From: Thermodesulfobacteriota bacterium
Lineage (GTDB): Bacteria > Desulfobacterota_D > UBA1144 > Nemesobacterales > N074bin48
Assembly: GCA_041572575.1 (NCBI GenBank)
Contig: JBFFSH010000004.1
Span: 1-55,618 of the forward strand
DNA length: 55,618 bases
Direction of reading: 5' to 3'
Shown: positions 38,584 through 49,361 of the stretch, in pieces
Layout: each line of letters begins with the position of its first letter
Position numbering within the stretch: the first letter of the stretch is position 1
Notes under the pieces: model-generated
Seen by the model: the letters and a program-made list of their open reading frames with translations, nothing else
What the model was told of the DNA's origin: nothing
Database searches by the model: none
Made by a program: the position numbers and the translations under genes

Positions 38584-39630
38584 TTAATCATCCTCCGAGC
38601 TTTTAGGCTTTGTAGATAAACCACTCTTTTCATATATTTCTACTATCAATTTTTCCATTAATTGGGGGTTTTCTATTAAAAATTTTCGAGCATTTTCCCT
38701 ACCCTGACCAAGGCGCTCACCATCATAAGAAAACCATGTACCGCTTTTTTCTACCACATTATGCTTAACTCCAATATCAATGAGCTCACCGGTATAAGAT
38801 ATTCCTTCTCCAAAAACTATATCAAACTCCGCATCCTTAAACGGCGGAGCAACCTTATTTTTAACTATTTTAACCCTTACCCTATTACCGGTAATATTGT
38901 CTCCGTCTTTTATTGAACCTATTCTTCTTATCTCAAGCCTGATAGAAGAATAAAACTTAAGCGCATTTCCGCCAGTCGTGGTTTCAGGGTTCATATAGGA
39001 TGGAACACCAATTTTCATTCTTATTTGGTTTATAAATATAACAATCGTTTTAGATCTGTTTACAGTAGCTGTAATTTTTCTTAGAGCCTGAGACATGAGC
39101 CTTGCCTGCACACCCACATGAGCATCACCCATCTCTCCTTCTATTTCTACTCTCGGGGTTAGAGCTGCAACTGAATCAAGCACAATAACATCTATAGCAC
39201 CGCTTCTTACAAGCGTATCAACAATCTCCAAAGCCTGCTCTCCAAAATCTGGCTGAGATACAAGCAGGTCGTCCACTTTAACACCTAATCTCGAAGCATA
39301 AGCAGGGTCTAAGGCATGCTCAGCATCAATAAATGCTGCAACACCACCCAGTTTTTGAGCTTCGGCAATTACATGAAGAGCAATTGTAGTCTTTCCTGAA
39401 GATTCAGGCCCGTACACTTCTGTTATTCTGCCTCTTGGTATACCACCAACACCAAGAGATAGATCAAGCCCGATCGAACCCGTAGAGACCGCCGAGATTT
39501 CCGGAATTATTGCATCTGCGCCTAGACGCATTATTGAACCCTTGCCAAACTGCTTTTCTATAGAAGAAATGGCAAGCTCTATGGTTTTTTCCTTTTCTTC
39601 CAAACTCTTTTTATCTGCTGTTTCCTGCAT
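38584..39630 (-). CDS. recA: recombinase RecA
   Basis: [36 protein letters not shown]. Confidence 0.99.
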   Translation of the reverse strand: MQETADKKSLEEKEKTIELAISSIEKQFGKGSIMRLGADAIIPEISAVSTGSIGLDLSLGVGGIPRGRITEVYGPESSGKTTIALHVIAEAQKLGGVAAFIDAEHALDPAYASRLGVKVDDLLVSQPDFGEQALEIVDTLVRSGAIDVIVLDSVAALTPRVEIEGEMGDAHVGVQARLMSQALRKITATVNRSKTIVIFINQIRMKIGVPSYMNPETTTGGNALKFYSSIRLEIRRIGSIKDGDNITGNRVRVKIVKNKVAPPFKDAEFDIVFGEGISYTGELIDIGVKHNVVEKSGTWFSYDGERLGQGRENARKFLIENPQLMEKLIVEIYEKSGLSTKPKSSEDD

Positions 39631-39653
39631 TTTAACTCCCTATAAGTAATTGA

Positions 39654-40895
39654 TTATACATAATTTTTTAAGAACTTCCTAATCATATCCAGACTTTGTG
39701 TAGATGTTATAAGCTTTATCTGTTCCCTATCACCATGATAACTGAATTTATCAGAAATTATATCACCATTTTTACATGCAAGCGAAATATGCACCGTACC
39801 CACTGGTTTTTCTGTGCTTCCCCCTCCAGGGCCTGCAATTCCTGTGATTCCAACGCCTATATCCGTGCCGGCTAAATCCAATACTCCTTTTGCCATGGCC
39901 TCCGCTACATGAGTGCTCACCGCTCCATGATTTTCTATGAGCAGCCTGCTTACACCGAGGTCATTTATCTTCGATTCGTTGCTATAACAAATAATCGACC
40001 TGTTAAAATATTCTGAGCTTCCCGGCACATTTGTGATTCTATGTGAAACAAGCCCGCCTGTACAAGATTCGGCAAGCGATATACTCATGCTGTGCTCTGT
40101 TAAAAGACCTCCAACAACCTCTTCCATCGTTGTGTCTGACTCTGCGTATATATATTGACCTATTTCTGATTTTATTTTTTTTAGTAAACTTTCTATCTTT
40201 GTATTTATTTGCTCTTCAGATTTTCCTTTTGCAACAAGTCTCAAATGAACCTCGGGAAAATGTGATCTATATCCCAGGTATACACCTTCAGTTTCCAAAT
40301 CTTGAATTTTTAGAGCTAACTCCGATTCTTTTAGACCAAATGTTCTCAGGAGCAGTGTTTTGGTTTTTTCATTATCTGAAAACCTGATATTTATATCTGC
40401 AAGAACAAACTCCTGCATCATAGATTTAAACTCTTTTGGTACACCCGGAAGGAAATAAAATATTTTTTTATCATACTCATAGTAAAACCCTGGCGCTGTA
40501 CCAACGTTATTGTTTATAATTTTGCATCCCTCGGGCAAATAAGAAGGTTTTTTGTTTATTTCCAGAAGCTTCCTTTTTCGCCTTGCAAATATTTTCTTTA
40601 TCATTTCCAAAGCTTGGGGGTTTTCACAAAGCTTTGTACCGAAGTACTTGGCAGCTACCCCGGCAGTTAGATCGTCTTCAGTGGGTCCTAAACCTCCAGT
40701 GACAATTATTACGTCCGCCCTGGCATTGGCATTTCCAAAAGCCTGCAGTATATCGTCTTCGTAGTCACCAACAGTACTATGAAATTTCACCTCAAATCCG
40801 CTGTCTGCAAGGAGTCTGGATGCCCAGTGAAAATTTGTATCTAGCGTAAGACCGCTTAGAAGCTCATTTCCAGTGGTGATTATTTCTATGTTCAT
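39654..40895 (-). CDS. cinA: competence/damage-inducible protein CinA
   Basis: MoCF-like N-terminal domain (TGNELL, TGGLGPTEDDLT) plus PncC domain (AESCTGG, GITGIAGPGG). Confidence 0.95.
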   Translation of the reverse strand: MNIEIITTGNELLSGLTLDTNFHWASRLLADSGFEVKFHSTVGDYEDDILQAFGNANARADVIIVTGGLGPTEDDLTAGVAAKYFGTKLCENPQALEMIKKIFARRKRKLLEINKKPSYLPEGCKIINNNVGTAPGFYYEYDKKIFYFLPGVPKEFKSMMQEFVLADINIRFSDNEKTKTLLLRTFGLKESELALKIQDLETEGVYLGYRSHFPEVHLRLVAKGKSEEQINTKIESLLKKIKSEIGQYIYAESDTTMEEVVGGLLTEHSMSISLAESCTGGLVSHRITNVPGSSEYFNRSIICYSNESKINDLGVSRLLIENHGAVSTHVAEAMAKGVLDLAGTDIGVGITGIAGPGGGSTEKPVGTVHISLACKNGDIISDKFSYHGDREQIKLITSTQSLDMIRKFLKNYV

Positions 40896-40901
40896 AAGTA
40901 T

Positions 40902-41357
40902 TTAATAAACCCTGATAAATATTTGCATTATTATATTTGCATAAATTCCTGCAAGCACATCATCCAGCACAATTCCATAGCCGTCTTTTAATTTCTCGAG
41001 TTTTCTTATTGGATACGGCTTTGTAATATCAAGCGCCCTGAACAAAAAGAATCCTAAAATTACATTTACCCATGTAAATGGGATCAGGATCATAGTAAAA
41101 AGATATCCACAGACCTCATCTATCACAACATGCGAAGGATCTTTTTTCTTATAAATATTTACAGCAAGAGTGGACATATAAATAGAAACAGCTGTAAGAA
41201 TGATGATAAGTGCTATATATAAAGGCAGCGAAAGGTTAGTTATAAAGTATAGAAGTAATATGGCACCAAGGGTACCTGCGGTTCCCGGCGCTATGGGAGA
41301 ATTGCCTAGGAAAAAAAATGTTACATACAGCCTAATTAGAAAATCTTTGTTGATAAT
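40902..41357 (-). CDS. pgpA: phosphatidylglycerophosphatase A (start codon uncertain)
   Basis: DPSHVVIDEV, FFLFRALDI.KPYPI, DDVLAG. The frame stays open upstream of the listed ATG (41177) to 41357 and encodes the conserved SPIAPGTAGTL motif. Confidence 0.88.
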   Translation of the reverse strand: MINKDFLIRLYVTFFFLGNSPIAPGTAGTLGAILLLYFITNLSLPLYIALIIILTAVSIYMSTLAVNIYKKKDPSHVVIDEVCGYLFTMILIPFTWVNVILGFFLFRALDITKPYPIRKLEKLKDGYGIVLDDVLAGIYANIIMQIFIRVY

Positions 41358-41835
41358 TTATTCCTTCGTGCTCTAAAAGCTTTTTCTTATAATTTATACC
41401 ACAAGAATAGCCCCCAAGACCAGTTTTGGAAACAACTCTGTGGCATGGGATTACTATTGGAAGCGGATTTGCCCCAACAGCATTACCTACGGCACGATAG
41501 GAATTTGGCCTTCCAAGCTTGTTTGCTATATCTTTATAAGTTATTAATTTGCCAAAAGGAATTTTTAAAAGCTCTTTCCAGACGCTTTTTTGAAATTTGG
41601 TACCTTTAGATATATCCAGTTTATAGCTAAACTTTTTAAGATCACCATCTAAATATGATTTTAACTCTTTCAATACAGCTGAGGGCTCATCAGACCTGGT
41701 AAATTCAGCAGATTTATTATTTGCCCTAAACTCTTCAAAATTTTCTAAACCTAATATCAGGTTGGATAACACTCCGGAACTGGAAACAGCATAAACATCA
41801 CCAAGACTGCTTTTGATTTTTGTATAAGAGCACAT
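41332..41835 (-). CDS. ogt: methylated-DNA--protein-cysteine S-methyltransferase
   Basis: GTKFQ.SVW, IPFG...TY, RAVG.A...NP.PI.IPCHRV. Confidence 0.93.
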   Translation of the reverse strand: MCSYTKIKSSLGDVYAVSSSGVLSNLILGLENFEEFRANNKSAEFTRSDEPSAVLKELKSYLDGDLKKFSYKLDISKGTKFQKSVWKELLKIPFGKLITYKDIANKLGRPNSYRAVGNAVGANPLPIVIPCHRVVSKTGLGGYSCGINYKKKLLEHEGINYQQRFSN

Positions 41836-41931
41836 ATTTCCCCCATTCGGAATATAATCATTATACTCAAACTCAGCTAATTATTAAAACTATCAGGATA
41901 ATTTATTAGCTTTTAATAAATACCCAGAGAA

Positions 41932-43080
41932 TTACTGCAGATTATCGTACAAACTCTTTAGTACCTCTGAGCTATGAGATTTCTTAAGCTTCATTATGGT
42001 CTGTTTTTCTATCTGCCGTATTCTTTCTCTTGTAAGTCCAAATTTCTGCCCTATGTAATCCAGAGTAAATGAATCATCGTACCCGATACCATATCTCATC
42101 TTGATGACTTCCCTTTCTCTTGTTGTAAGGTCAACCAGAGCTTCATTAACATTTTCAGGTATTGATATATTATCGATCTCTGCATCCTGAAACACCTGGT
42201 TATCGTCCTTTAACAGATCTACGTAGCTTGTTGTTTCACTGTTATAAATGGTGGAATCAAGGCTGATTACATCATTTCCTGTTCTTATAACACTCTTTAT
42301 ACCGTCTACAGATATATTTAGGATTGCGGAAATTTCCTCTGCTGATGGGTCCTTACCCTTTTCTTCTTTTAATTTTATAAACGTCTGCCAGATCTTCCCT
42401 GATTTTTCCAGCAGATACGATGGAACCTTGACTGTTCTTGTCTGATTAAAAATAGCCCTGGAAATAGACTGGTTTATCCACCAAACTGCATATGTAGAAA
42501 ACCTGTAGCCCTTGGTATAATCAAACTTCTCAACAGCCCTGATAAGCCCTATGTTACCTTCCTGTATGAGGTCTAAAAATGATGCGCCCTTTCCTACAAA
42601 CCTTTTGGCTATGCTGGCTACAAGCCTTAAATTAGAGTTTATAAACCTGTTTCTAAGATTATTTTTAAACTTACTATAGGCATGAATAATATGTTTGTTT
42701 CTAACTGCCCTTTTGTTCAGTTCTTTTTTTTGCTTTACTGACTTTATTTTTCTCTCTGAACTGCTGCACTCACAGACTTTGTTGATTTTAACGTCACTTA
42801 TTGGTGATGAATAAAAAGAGATTCTGTTTTCACAGTTTTGCATAAGAGCAGAAAGAGTAAGCTCCTGCTTGGGCTTTAGTAATGTTTCCAGACTTACATC
42901 CTTAAAATAATCGTTAATTAAGATGTTATCTTTTTCATTATACTGGGGAGTTAAACCTGAAGTTTTGGTATTTAACTTCTGGTTTGCCTTATTTATCTTA
43001 AATGAATTTTCACGATTTAGCTCAAATTCATTATATTGTTTTTCTTCAGTTACAGTGCTAAAGTTGTTTTCATCATACAT
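41932..43080 (-). CDS. alternative sigma70-family factor (group 2-like, no region 1.1)
   Basis: [28 protein letters not shown]...[10 protein letters not shown], region 4 [10 protein letters not shown]. Confidence 0.9.
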   Translation of the reverse strand: MYDENNFSTVTEEKQYNEFELNRENSFKINKANQKLNTKTSGLTPQYNEKDNILINDYFKDVSLETLLKPKQELTLSALMQNCENRISFYSSPISDVKINKVCECSSSERKIKSVKQKKELNKRAVRNKHIIHAYSKFKNNLRNRFINSNLRLVASIAKRFVGKGASFLDLIQEGNIGLIRAVEKFDYTKGYRFSTYAVWWINQSISRAIFNQTRTVKVPSYLLEKSGKIWQTFIKLKEEKGKDPSAEEISAILNISVDGIKSVIRTGNDVISLDSTIYNSETTSYVDLLKDDNQVFQDAEIDNISIPENVNEALVDLTTREREVIKMRYGIGYDDSFTLDYIGQKFGLTRERIRQIEKQTIMKLKKSHSSEVLKSLYDNLQ

Positions 43081-43208
43081 ATCATCCCTCTTTTAGTGCT
43101 TTTAATATTTTGATGTTTATAAACCTATAGAGATGCAAACTCTATATAAAAATATTAACTAAATTACTTAAATAAAGTTTCAAACAAATAAAAAATTAAG
43201 TAAATTAC

Positions 43209-43976
43209 TTATTGAATAGGTTTGCTGGAGCTCTGTCCGGAAGCGTTTTCGAAGATTTCGTTCCATTTCTGAAACAGTATTTTTATAGAAGTAGCTGCTT
43301 TTTCATACTCTGATTTTCTGATAAGTTCATTAAATGCAGATAAATCTCCCACACTTTTCTCATTATCGAGAGTATAAGCATGTATAAATGTACAAATATC
43401 TCCATAATTTAAAATTATATGGCCAGAACTATCATAACCTGAAAGCAGTCCTAACAGCTGGTCGCAGCCTCTTATAAGGTTTGTAAGAATACTAATGATT
43501 TCAGACTCTTTGATATCCTCCGGCACTTTACTTATGGTTTGTTCATATAAATTCTTTGCTGTTTTTACCCTTTCTATGCCACTTCTAAGCTTTATACTAT
43601 AATAAATCGCATTAAAACCCCAGTGAGAAAATAAAGATTTTCTCTCATCCTCTATAAACAGTAAAAACCATTCTACGGGAATGATGTTTTCTATATATAT
43701 AAGATTATTTTGAGTTTCTGACTCAGACGGCGCAATATAATACTTTCCATCTTCATCTTTAATGAAAAAGCAGTCCTTAACTTCAGACGGGTTAATATCT
43801 ATTCTCTCACTAAAAGATTTTTTGAAATTATCATACTCATTAGCAAACCATACGCCAAAAGGCGATGGAGGACCGCCCCAGTATAGCTCATAAAACTCTA
43901 TATAACTCTCCCAATAATCTTTTTGCTCGATAAATGAATCGAGCGGCTCATATATTATTAAATTACTTGTAGCCAT
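43209..43976 (-). CDS. conserved hypothetical protein
   Basis: 255-aa ORF with IYEPL, PVEWFLLF...ER and LNYGD motifs. Confidence 0.7.
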   Translation of the reverse strand: MATSNLIIYEPLDSFIEQKDYWESYIEFYELYWGGPPSPFGVWFANEYDNFKKSFSERIDINPSEVKDCFFIKDEDGKYYIAPSESETQNNLIYIENIIPVEWFLLFIEDERKSLFSHWGFNAIYYSIKLRSGIERVKTAKNLYEQTISKVPEDIKESEIISILTNLIRGCDQLLGLLSGYDSSGHIILNYGDICTFIHAYTLDNEKSVGDLSAFNELIRKSEYEKAATSIKILFQKWNEIFENASGQSSSKPIQ

Positions 43977-44123
43977 AGTAATATTTTATAAAATATGATA
44001 AAATAACTTTAACAATTTACATTAATTATAGTATTAAACTGCTTGAAAAACTTAGGTTTATTATTGACCTTAAGAAAAAAACAGTTTATACTGGATATTA
44101 ATTTTAAACAGGAGGATATATCC

Positions 44124-44381
44124 ATGAGATATGTAGTTATCGTTTTACTGGCAGCTTTACTGTTTACTACACCGTCTTTTGCAAGACCTAAACAGATCAC
44201 AGAATACGATCCTAATGATGCCATTAATCCTTTCAAAATTACAAGTTTGATCATACGCCCACCTATAGCACTAATTAATGTTTTCGTAAAGGGTTTCTAC
44301 TATGTTTTAGATTCTGATCCAATCAGAAGACCTTTTAACATTGAATTCGATTCTTCAATTAATATAGACGAAGACTATTAA
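44124..44381 (+). CDS. small exported hypothetical protein (85 aa)
   Basis: Start moved to ATG 44124 (AGGAGG RBS). Signal peptide MRYVVIVLLAALLFTTPSFA. Confidence 0.75.
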   Translation: MRYVVIVLLAALLFTTPSFARPKQITEYDPNDAINPFKITSLIIRPPIALINVFVKGFYYVLDSDPIRRPFNIEFDSSINIDEDY

Positions 44382-44394
44382 AAACTACTATAAG

Positions 44395-44440
44395 ACCCAT
44401 TGTAGATAATTATGCATCTATCTGCAATGGGTTTTTCTTT
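44395..44440 (+). terminator. intrinsic terminator
   Basis: 14-bp stem ACCCATTGTAGATA / TATCTGCAATGGGT (one G-U pair), 10-nt loop, followed by TTTTCTTT. Confidence 0.75.
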
Positions 44441-44533
44441 GCCCGTTTTACCTCTTATTTAATCACTTCTTTGTATTTCTCAACTTATTTTCTATAATTT
44501 TAAATAAAATATAGCTTTAACCAAATTAAATTA

Positions 44534-46360
44534 ATGATCCATAGCAATGATATAATCGATAATGCCCCCACTGCACCCGGTGTATATTTGATGAAAAACC
44601 GGACTGGCAAGGTACTTTACGTAGGAAAGGCAAAGCATCTAAAAAAGCGCGTTTTATCCTATTTTACACCAAATAGAAGTGATAACAGGTATCAGATTCA
44701 TGATCTTCTAAAAGAAGTTAAGAACCTAGAGTATATAATCACGCAGAATGAAAGAGAGGCGCTGATACTCGAAAATTCACTTATAAAAAAATACAGGCCA
44801 AGATTTAATGTACAGTTTAAAGACGATAAAACCTACTTTTCTTTAAAACTGGATATCAAGGATAAATATCCCAGGCTTTATTATACAAGAAAGGTAGTAG
44901 ATGACGGTGCACTATATTTCGGACCGTTTACATCATCGACAACGCTTAAAAAAACCAAGAAGTTTTTTCATAAGCTTTTTCCCCTAAGAGACTGTACTAA
45001 CTCTAAATTTAAAAGACACTCCGATAGACCGTGTATAAATTACAACCTCAAGCTGTGCTCGGGCCCATGTGCAGGAAAGATCTCAGAGAGTGAATACCAG
45101 TCCCTTTCAAATCAGGCAAGGCTCTATTTGAGAGGTAAGTTCAATGAAATAGTAAAACTGATACAAAATAACATGAAACAGGCAGCAGAGGATATGCGCT
45201 TTGAAGAAGCCGTATTATACAGGAATCAGCTTAGTTTTCTTAAGATGCATATAGACCAAAAGGGGCTTATTGATTCAAACACAAAAGATATAGATGTTCT
45301 TGGTATATACAATGAAGGCAGGGGGGCGAGCATTGTTGTTCTCTATTACAGAAACGGTTCGGTTATGGATAAATCAGAATTTTTCTTTGAAAACAGTTTT
45401 GGAGATAAAGACCAGATACTCGAAGAATTTATATACAGATATTACTCAGACAGGAATAACTATCCGAAGGAAATATGCATAGGAATCGAGCTTGAGAACA
45501 GTAGTTTTATTACACAGTGGCTTTCAGAAAGAAGTGGTAGGACTGTTAAACTCATAAATCCCAAAAGAGGGAAAAAAGTTGATCTGATAAATCTTGCAAA
45601 GGAAAATGCCAGAGCCTGCTATATAAAGAACTATCATGAACAGAGCAACTTTGATAAACTCTTTGAAAACCTTGCAAAAAAATTAAATCTGAAAAACCTT
45701 CCAAGAACCATCGAGTGCTACGACATCTCAAACATTCAGGGTACAAACCCTGTGGCATCGTCAGTTAGATTTGAAGACGGCAAGGCACAGAAGAAAAGAT
45801 ATAAAAAATACCGTATAAAAACTGTATCGGGTCCCGATGATTTTGCCATGATGAACGAGGTTATAAGCAGAAGACTGCAAAGAAAAGACGAAAAAGGCTG
45901 GGACCTGCCGGACCTCATATTAATCGATGGAGGCATTGGACAGCTAAATTCAGCCCTTAGTGCAGCCAAACATAACGACTCTTTGGAAGAGGTTGATATT
46001 GTTGCTATAGCCAAATCCAGAACAAGAGATGAAGCAGATAAAATAGTAATTCCAAATAGATCCAATGCAGTGACATTTAAAAAGGACTCAAAAGAAATTT
46101 TATATCTTATGAGAATAAGGGATGAGGCTCACAGGTTTGCAGTTGAATATCATAAAAATTTACGCAAAAAAGGATTTATTAAATCGGCATTTGAGTCAAT
46201 CCCGATGGTAGGCGCAAAAAGAAAGAAGATACTTCAGAAAAAATACAGGACGATTAATAACCTTAAGAAGGTAAGTTTAGACGAGCTTTTATCGATTGAG
46301 GGCTTTAATACAAAAATAGCAAAGTCTGTAATGGATTATGTAGCGGAGGCTAAGCAATAA
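44534..46360 (+). CDS. uvrC: excinuclease ABC subunit C
   Basis: GIY-YIG-like PGVYLM...LYVGKA, UVR domain, [27 protein letters not shown], HhH motif. Confidence 0.97.
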   Translation: MIHSNDIIDNAPTAPGVYLMKNRTGKVLYVGKAKHLKKRVLSYFTPNRSDNRYQIHDLLKEVKNLEYIITQNEREALILENSLIKKYRPRFNVQFKDDKTYFSLKLDIKDKYPRLYYTRKVVDDGALYFGPFTSSTTLKKTKKFFHKLFPLRDCTNSKFKRHSDRPCINYNLKLCSGPCAGKISESEYQSLSNQARLYLRGKFNEIVKLIQNNMKQAAEDMRFEEAVLYRNQLSFLKMHIDQKGLIDSNTKDIDVLGIYNEGRGASIVVLYYRNGSVMDKSEFFFENSFGDKDQILEEFIYRYYSDRNNYPKEICIGIELENSSFITQWLSERSGRTVKLINPKRGKKVDLINLAKENARACYIKNYHEQSNFDKLFENLAKKLNLKNLPRTIECYDISNIQGTNPVASSVRFEDGKAQKKRYKKYRIKTVSGPDDFAMMNEVISRRLQRKDEKGWDLPDLILIDGGIGQLNSALSAAKHNDSLEEVDIVAIAKSRTRDEADKIVIPNRSNAVTFKKDSKEILYLMRIRDEAHRFAVEYHKNLRKKGFIKSAFESIPMVGAKRKKILQKKYRTINNLKKVSLDELLSIEGFNTKIAKSVMDYVAEAKQ

Positions 46361-47258
46361 ACATCTCGAGAATTGCCTTTCCGGCATGAAGTTTATTTTC
46401 TGCCTGCTGATAAATTACGGAATTCTTATCATGTATTATCTCATCAGTAATCTCCTGGCCCCTGTGAGCAGGAAGGCAGTGCATAATAAGCGTGCTGTTT
46501 TTTGCGTTTGATAATAGATTGCTGTTTAGCTGATAATCTTTAAACATTTCCAGTTTCTTGTATTTTTGATCTTCCTGACCCATACTGACCCACACATCGG
46601 TGTAGACCACATCAGCATCTTTTACGGCTTGCACAGGATCTCGAATTAATTCGATCCTGGGATCATAAGTGTCTGCAATACGAAGCATATCCTTATCAGG
46701 CTCATATCCTTTAGGGGTAGAAATTACAAGTTCAAATCCTAATATACAGGCAGCACCAATAAGGGAGTTTGTTATATTATTTCCATCACCCAAATAAACA
46801 AACTTCATATTATTTATATCAACACCATTTTCTTTAAGAGTATATAGATCAGATACAATCTGACAGGGATGCTCCAGATCGGTAAGCGCATTAATAACCG
46901 GAATGTCTGAAGCCTCGGCAAATTCTTCAATCATTGACTGATCAAAGGTTCTAATAATAATGCCGCTTAAATAAGACGTCAGTACTTTTGCCGTGTCTTC
47001 TATAGATTCACCACGGTTTAGCTGCAGATCAGATGAGCTCATAAATATGACATCTCCTCCAAGCTCGTTTATAGCAACCTCAAATGATATTCTTGTACGC
47101 GTGGACTGTTTTTCAAAAATCAGGCCAACAGATTTATTTATAAGACTTTGCGGAAAATCCCTGGATATTCTTGAAGACTTAAGCTCTTTTGTACGCTCAA
47201 ACAATAATTCAAACTCTTCTTTTCTCAGGTCAAATATACTTAAAAAATGTCTAGGCAT
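46350..47258 (-). CDS. argF: ornithine carbamoyltransferase
   Basis: KQSTRTR, HPCQ, DVWVSMG, HCLP. Confidence 0.96.
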   Translation of the reverse strand: MPRHFLSIFDLRKEEFELLFERTKELKSSRISRDFPQSLINKSVGLIFEKQSTRTRISFEVAINELGGDVIFMSSSDLQLNRGESIEDTAKVLTSYLSGIIIRTFDQSMIEEFAEASDIPVINALTDLEHPCQIVSDLYTLKENGVDINNMKFVYLGDGNNITNSLIGAACILGFELVISTPKGYEPDKDMLRIADTYDPRIELIRDPVQAVKDADVVYTDVWVSMGQEDQKYKKLEMFKDYQLNSNLLSNAKNSTLIMHCLPAHRGQEITDEIIHDKNSVIYQQAENKLHAGKAILEMFIA

Positions 47259-48456
47259 TTGAAACCTCTTCCAATACAGTTCTAATTATACCAAGTGCAA
47301 TATCTATCTCTTTTTTACCTGCAATTAGCGGGGGCAGAATTCTTATATTTTTTTGTTCAGTTATGATTGTGAGAAGCCCCCTTTTATATAATTTTTTAAC
47401 AACCTCTGATGCATATTTATTATTTGCAAGCTCTATGCCAATAATAAACCCGCTGCCTCTCACTTCTTTTATGATATTGCTGTTATGTGATTGTACCTCT
47501 TTTAGTTTTGAAATGAAGTAAGAGCCCAGTGTTTGCACATTATCAAGCAGACCATCATCCATTATGGTGCTTATAACGCTATAACCAACGCTCATGGCAA
47601 GTGGGTTTCCTCCCATTGTAGAACCATGAGAGCCCGGGGTCAGATATTTTGCATGCTTGTTTTTTGCAAGCAGCGCCCCGCAGGCAAGCCCGCCTCCAAG
47701 CGCTTTTGCAAGCGTCATAAGGTCTGGCTTAAAACCAAGCTGTTCATAGGCAAACATGCTTCCGGTTCTTCCAACACCAACCTGAATCTCGTCTAATATG
47801 AATAAGATATTGTTTTGATTACATAGTTTTCGGACTTTTTTCAAATACCCATTTGGTGGAATTATTACTCCATTTTCACCCTGTATGGGTTCGAGTATTA
47901 CGGCGCATACTTTTTTGTCACCGGCTGCTTTTTGAAGCTGGGAGAAATCACCATAATCTACAAATTTCACACCAGGCACCATCGGGTTAAAGCCCTGCCT
48001 GTACTTCTTGTGTCCCGTTATGCTAAGCGACCCGTATGACCTTCCATGAAATCCGCCTTTAGTTGATACGATTTTATACCTGCCCCCGTTTTCATTTCCC
48101 CATTTCCTTGCAAGTTTTATCGCGGCTTCGTTTGCTTCGGCTCCGCTGTTGCAAAAAAACACCCGGTCTGCAAATGAATTTTCAACGAGAAGCCTTGCAA
48201 GTTTTCCCTGTTCTTCGGTATAAAAGAGGTTTGAGCTGTGAACGATCTTATTTAACTGAGAAGATATTGCTTTTTTAACTTTCGGATGATTATGACCAAG
48301 GTTATTGACTGCAATACCCGTAGTAAAGTCCAGATATTTATTGCCCTCGAAATCCCAGACCCAGCATCCTTTGGCTTTTTGCAGTGCTATGGGGTATCTT
48401 CCGTAATTTTTAAATCCATAGCTGTCCAGAGCAGCTATTACATCAGAAGATTTCAT
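47251..48456 (-). CDS. argD: acetylornithine aminotransferase
   Basis: [38 protein letters not shown]. Located between argB and argF. Confidence 0.94.
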   Translation of the reverse strand: MKSSDVIAALDSYGFKNYGRYPIALQKAKGCWVWDFEGNKYLDFTTGIAVNNLGHNHPKVKKAISSQLNKIVHSSNLFYTEEQGKLARLLVENSFADRVFFCNSGAEANEAAIKLARKWGNENGGRYKIVSTKGGFHGRSYGSLSITGHKKYRQGFNPMVPGVKFVDYGDFSQLQKAAGDKKVCAVILEPIQGENGVIIPPNGYLKKVRKLCNQNNILFILDEIQVGVGRTGSMFAYEQLGFKPDLMTLAKALGGGLACGALLAKNKHAKYLTPGSHGSTMGGNPLAMSVGYSVISTIMDDGLLDNVQTLGSYFISKLKEVQSHNSNIIKEVRGSGFIIGIELANNKYASEVVKKLYKRGLLTIITEQKNIRILPPLIAGKKEIDIALGIIRTVLEEVSNA

Positions 48457-49334
48457 ATCAGTATCTGTGTTCCAATCCCTTTATCTGTAAACACTTCCAA
48501 GAGCAGCGAGTGTTCCTTGGTACCATCTATCATATGAACCTTCTTTACTCCTTCGTTTAGTGCGTTTATGGCACAAATGACCTTGGGGATCATTCCTTTT
48601 GAAATTACATTGCTGCGTATAAGCTTTTTTACTTCCTTTTCATGTAGTGTGGATATAAGCTCTTTTTTCTTGTTCAGTATTCCAGGAACATTTGTAAGGA
48701 TTATGAATTTTTCAGCATTAAGCGCACCAGCTACCTTACCTGCTACATGGTCGGCATTTATGTTGTAAGAATTGCCCTGTTCATCAAACCCGATTGGCGC
48801 TATCACCGGTATATAGCCTGAATTATCGAGTGTTTCTATTAGCCTCGGATTTATATATACGACCTCTCCCACATGACCTACATCAGCTTTAGCCGGAATC
48901 TTTATGCCGTTTTCTTTTGCAAACTTATTTATATCGAGTTTCTCGGCTGTTATCAGTTTGCCTTCCTTGCCGGATACTCCCACTGCCGTACCGCCAAGAA
49001 GGTTAATAGCTGTGATGATATCCTGATTTACCTTTCCTACCAGCACCATTTGGGCCACTTCCATTACAATATCCGTAGTAACCCTTAGACCTGCAATAAA
49101 TTCAGTATCAATGCCAAGCTTTGATAGGTAATCTCCAATCTGCGGGCCGCCGCCGTGAATAACTACAGGATTCATCCCTACATATTTCATTAGCACAACA
49201 TCACGAGCAAAACTGTTAAGTTCATGAGAGTTTATGCTTCCACCGTACTTTATAACAATGGTCTTTCCGTAAAACTCCCTTATATACGGAAGAGCCTCGC
49301 TTAGTGTCTTTGCCTTGTTTATTAATTCATTCAT
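48453..49334 (-). CDS. argB: acetylglutamate kinase
   Basis: VIKYGG, VIHGGGPQI, GLRVT, NINAD, GMIPKV. Confidence 0.97.
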   Translation of the reverse strand: MNELINKAKTLSEALPYIREFYGKTIVIKYGGSINSHELNSFARDVVLMKYVGMNPVVIHGGGPQIGDYLSKLGIDTEFIAGLRVTTDIVMEVAQMVLVGKVNQDIITAINLLGGTAVGVSGKEGKLITAEKLDINKFAKENGIKIPAKADVGHVGEVVYINPRLIETLDNSGYIPVIAPIGFDEQGNSYNINADHVAGKVAGALNAEKFIILTNVPGILNKKKELISTLHEKEVKKLIRSNVISKGMIPKVICAINALNEGVKKVHMIDGTKEHSLLLEVFTDKGIGTQILI

Positions 49335-49361
49335 TTATCTAGTAAGAGAAATTTCAAAAGC

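Noticed and set aside
40902-41177. pgpA as a 91-aa truncated pseudogene
   Set aside because: The frame is open and conserved for 60 codons further upstream. Only the start codon is atypical.
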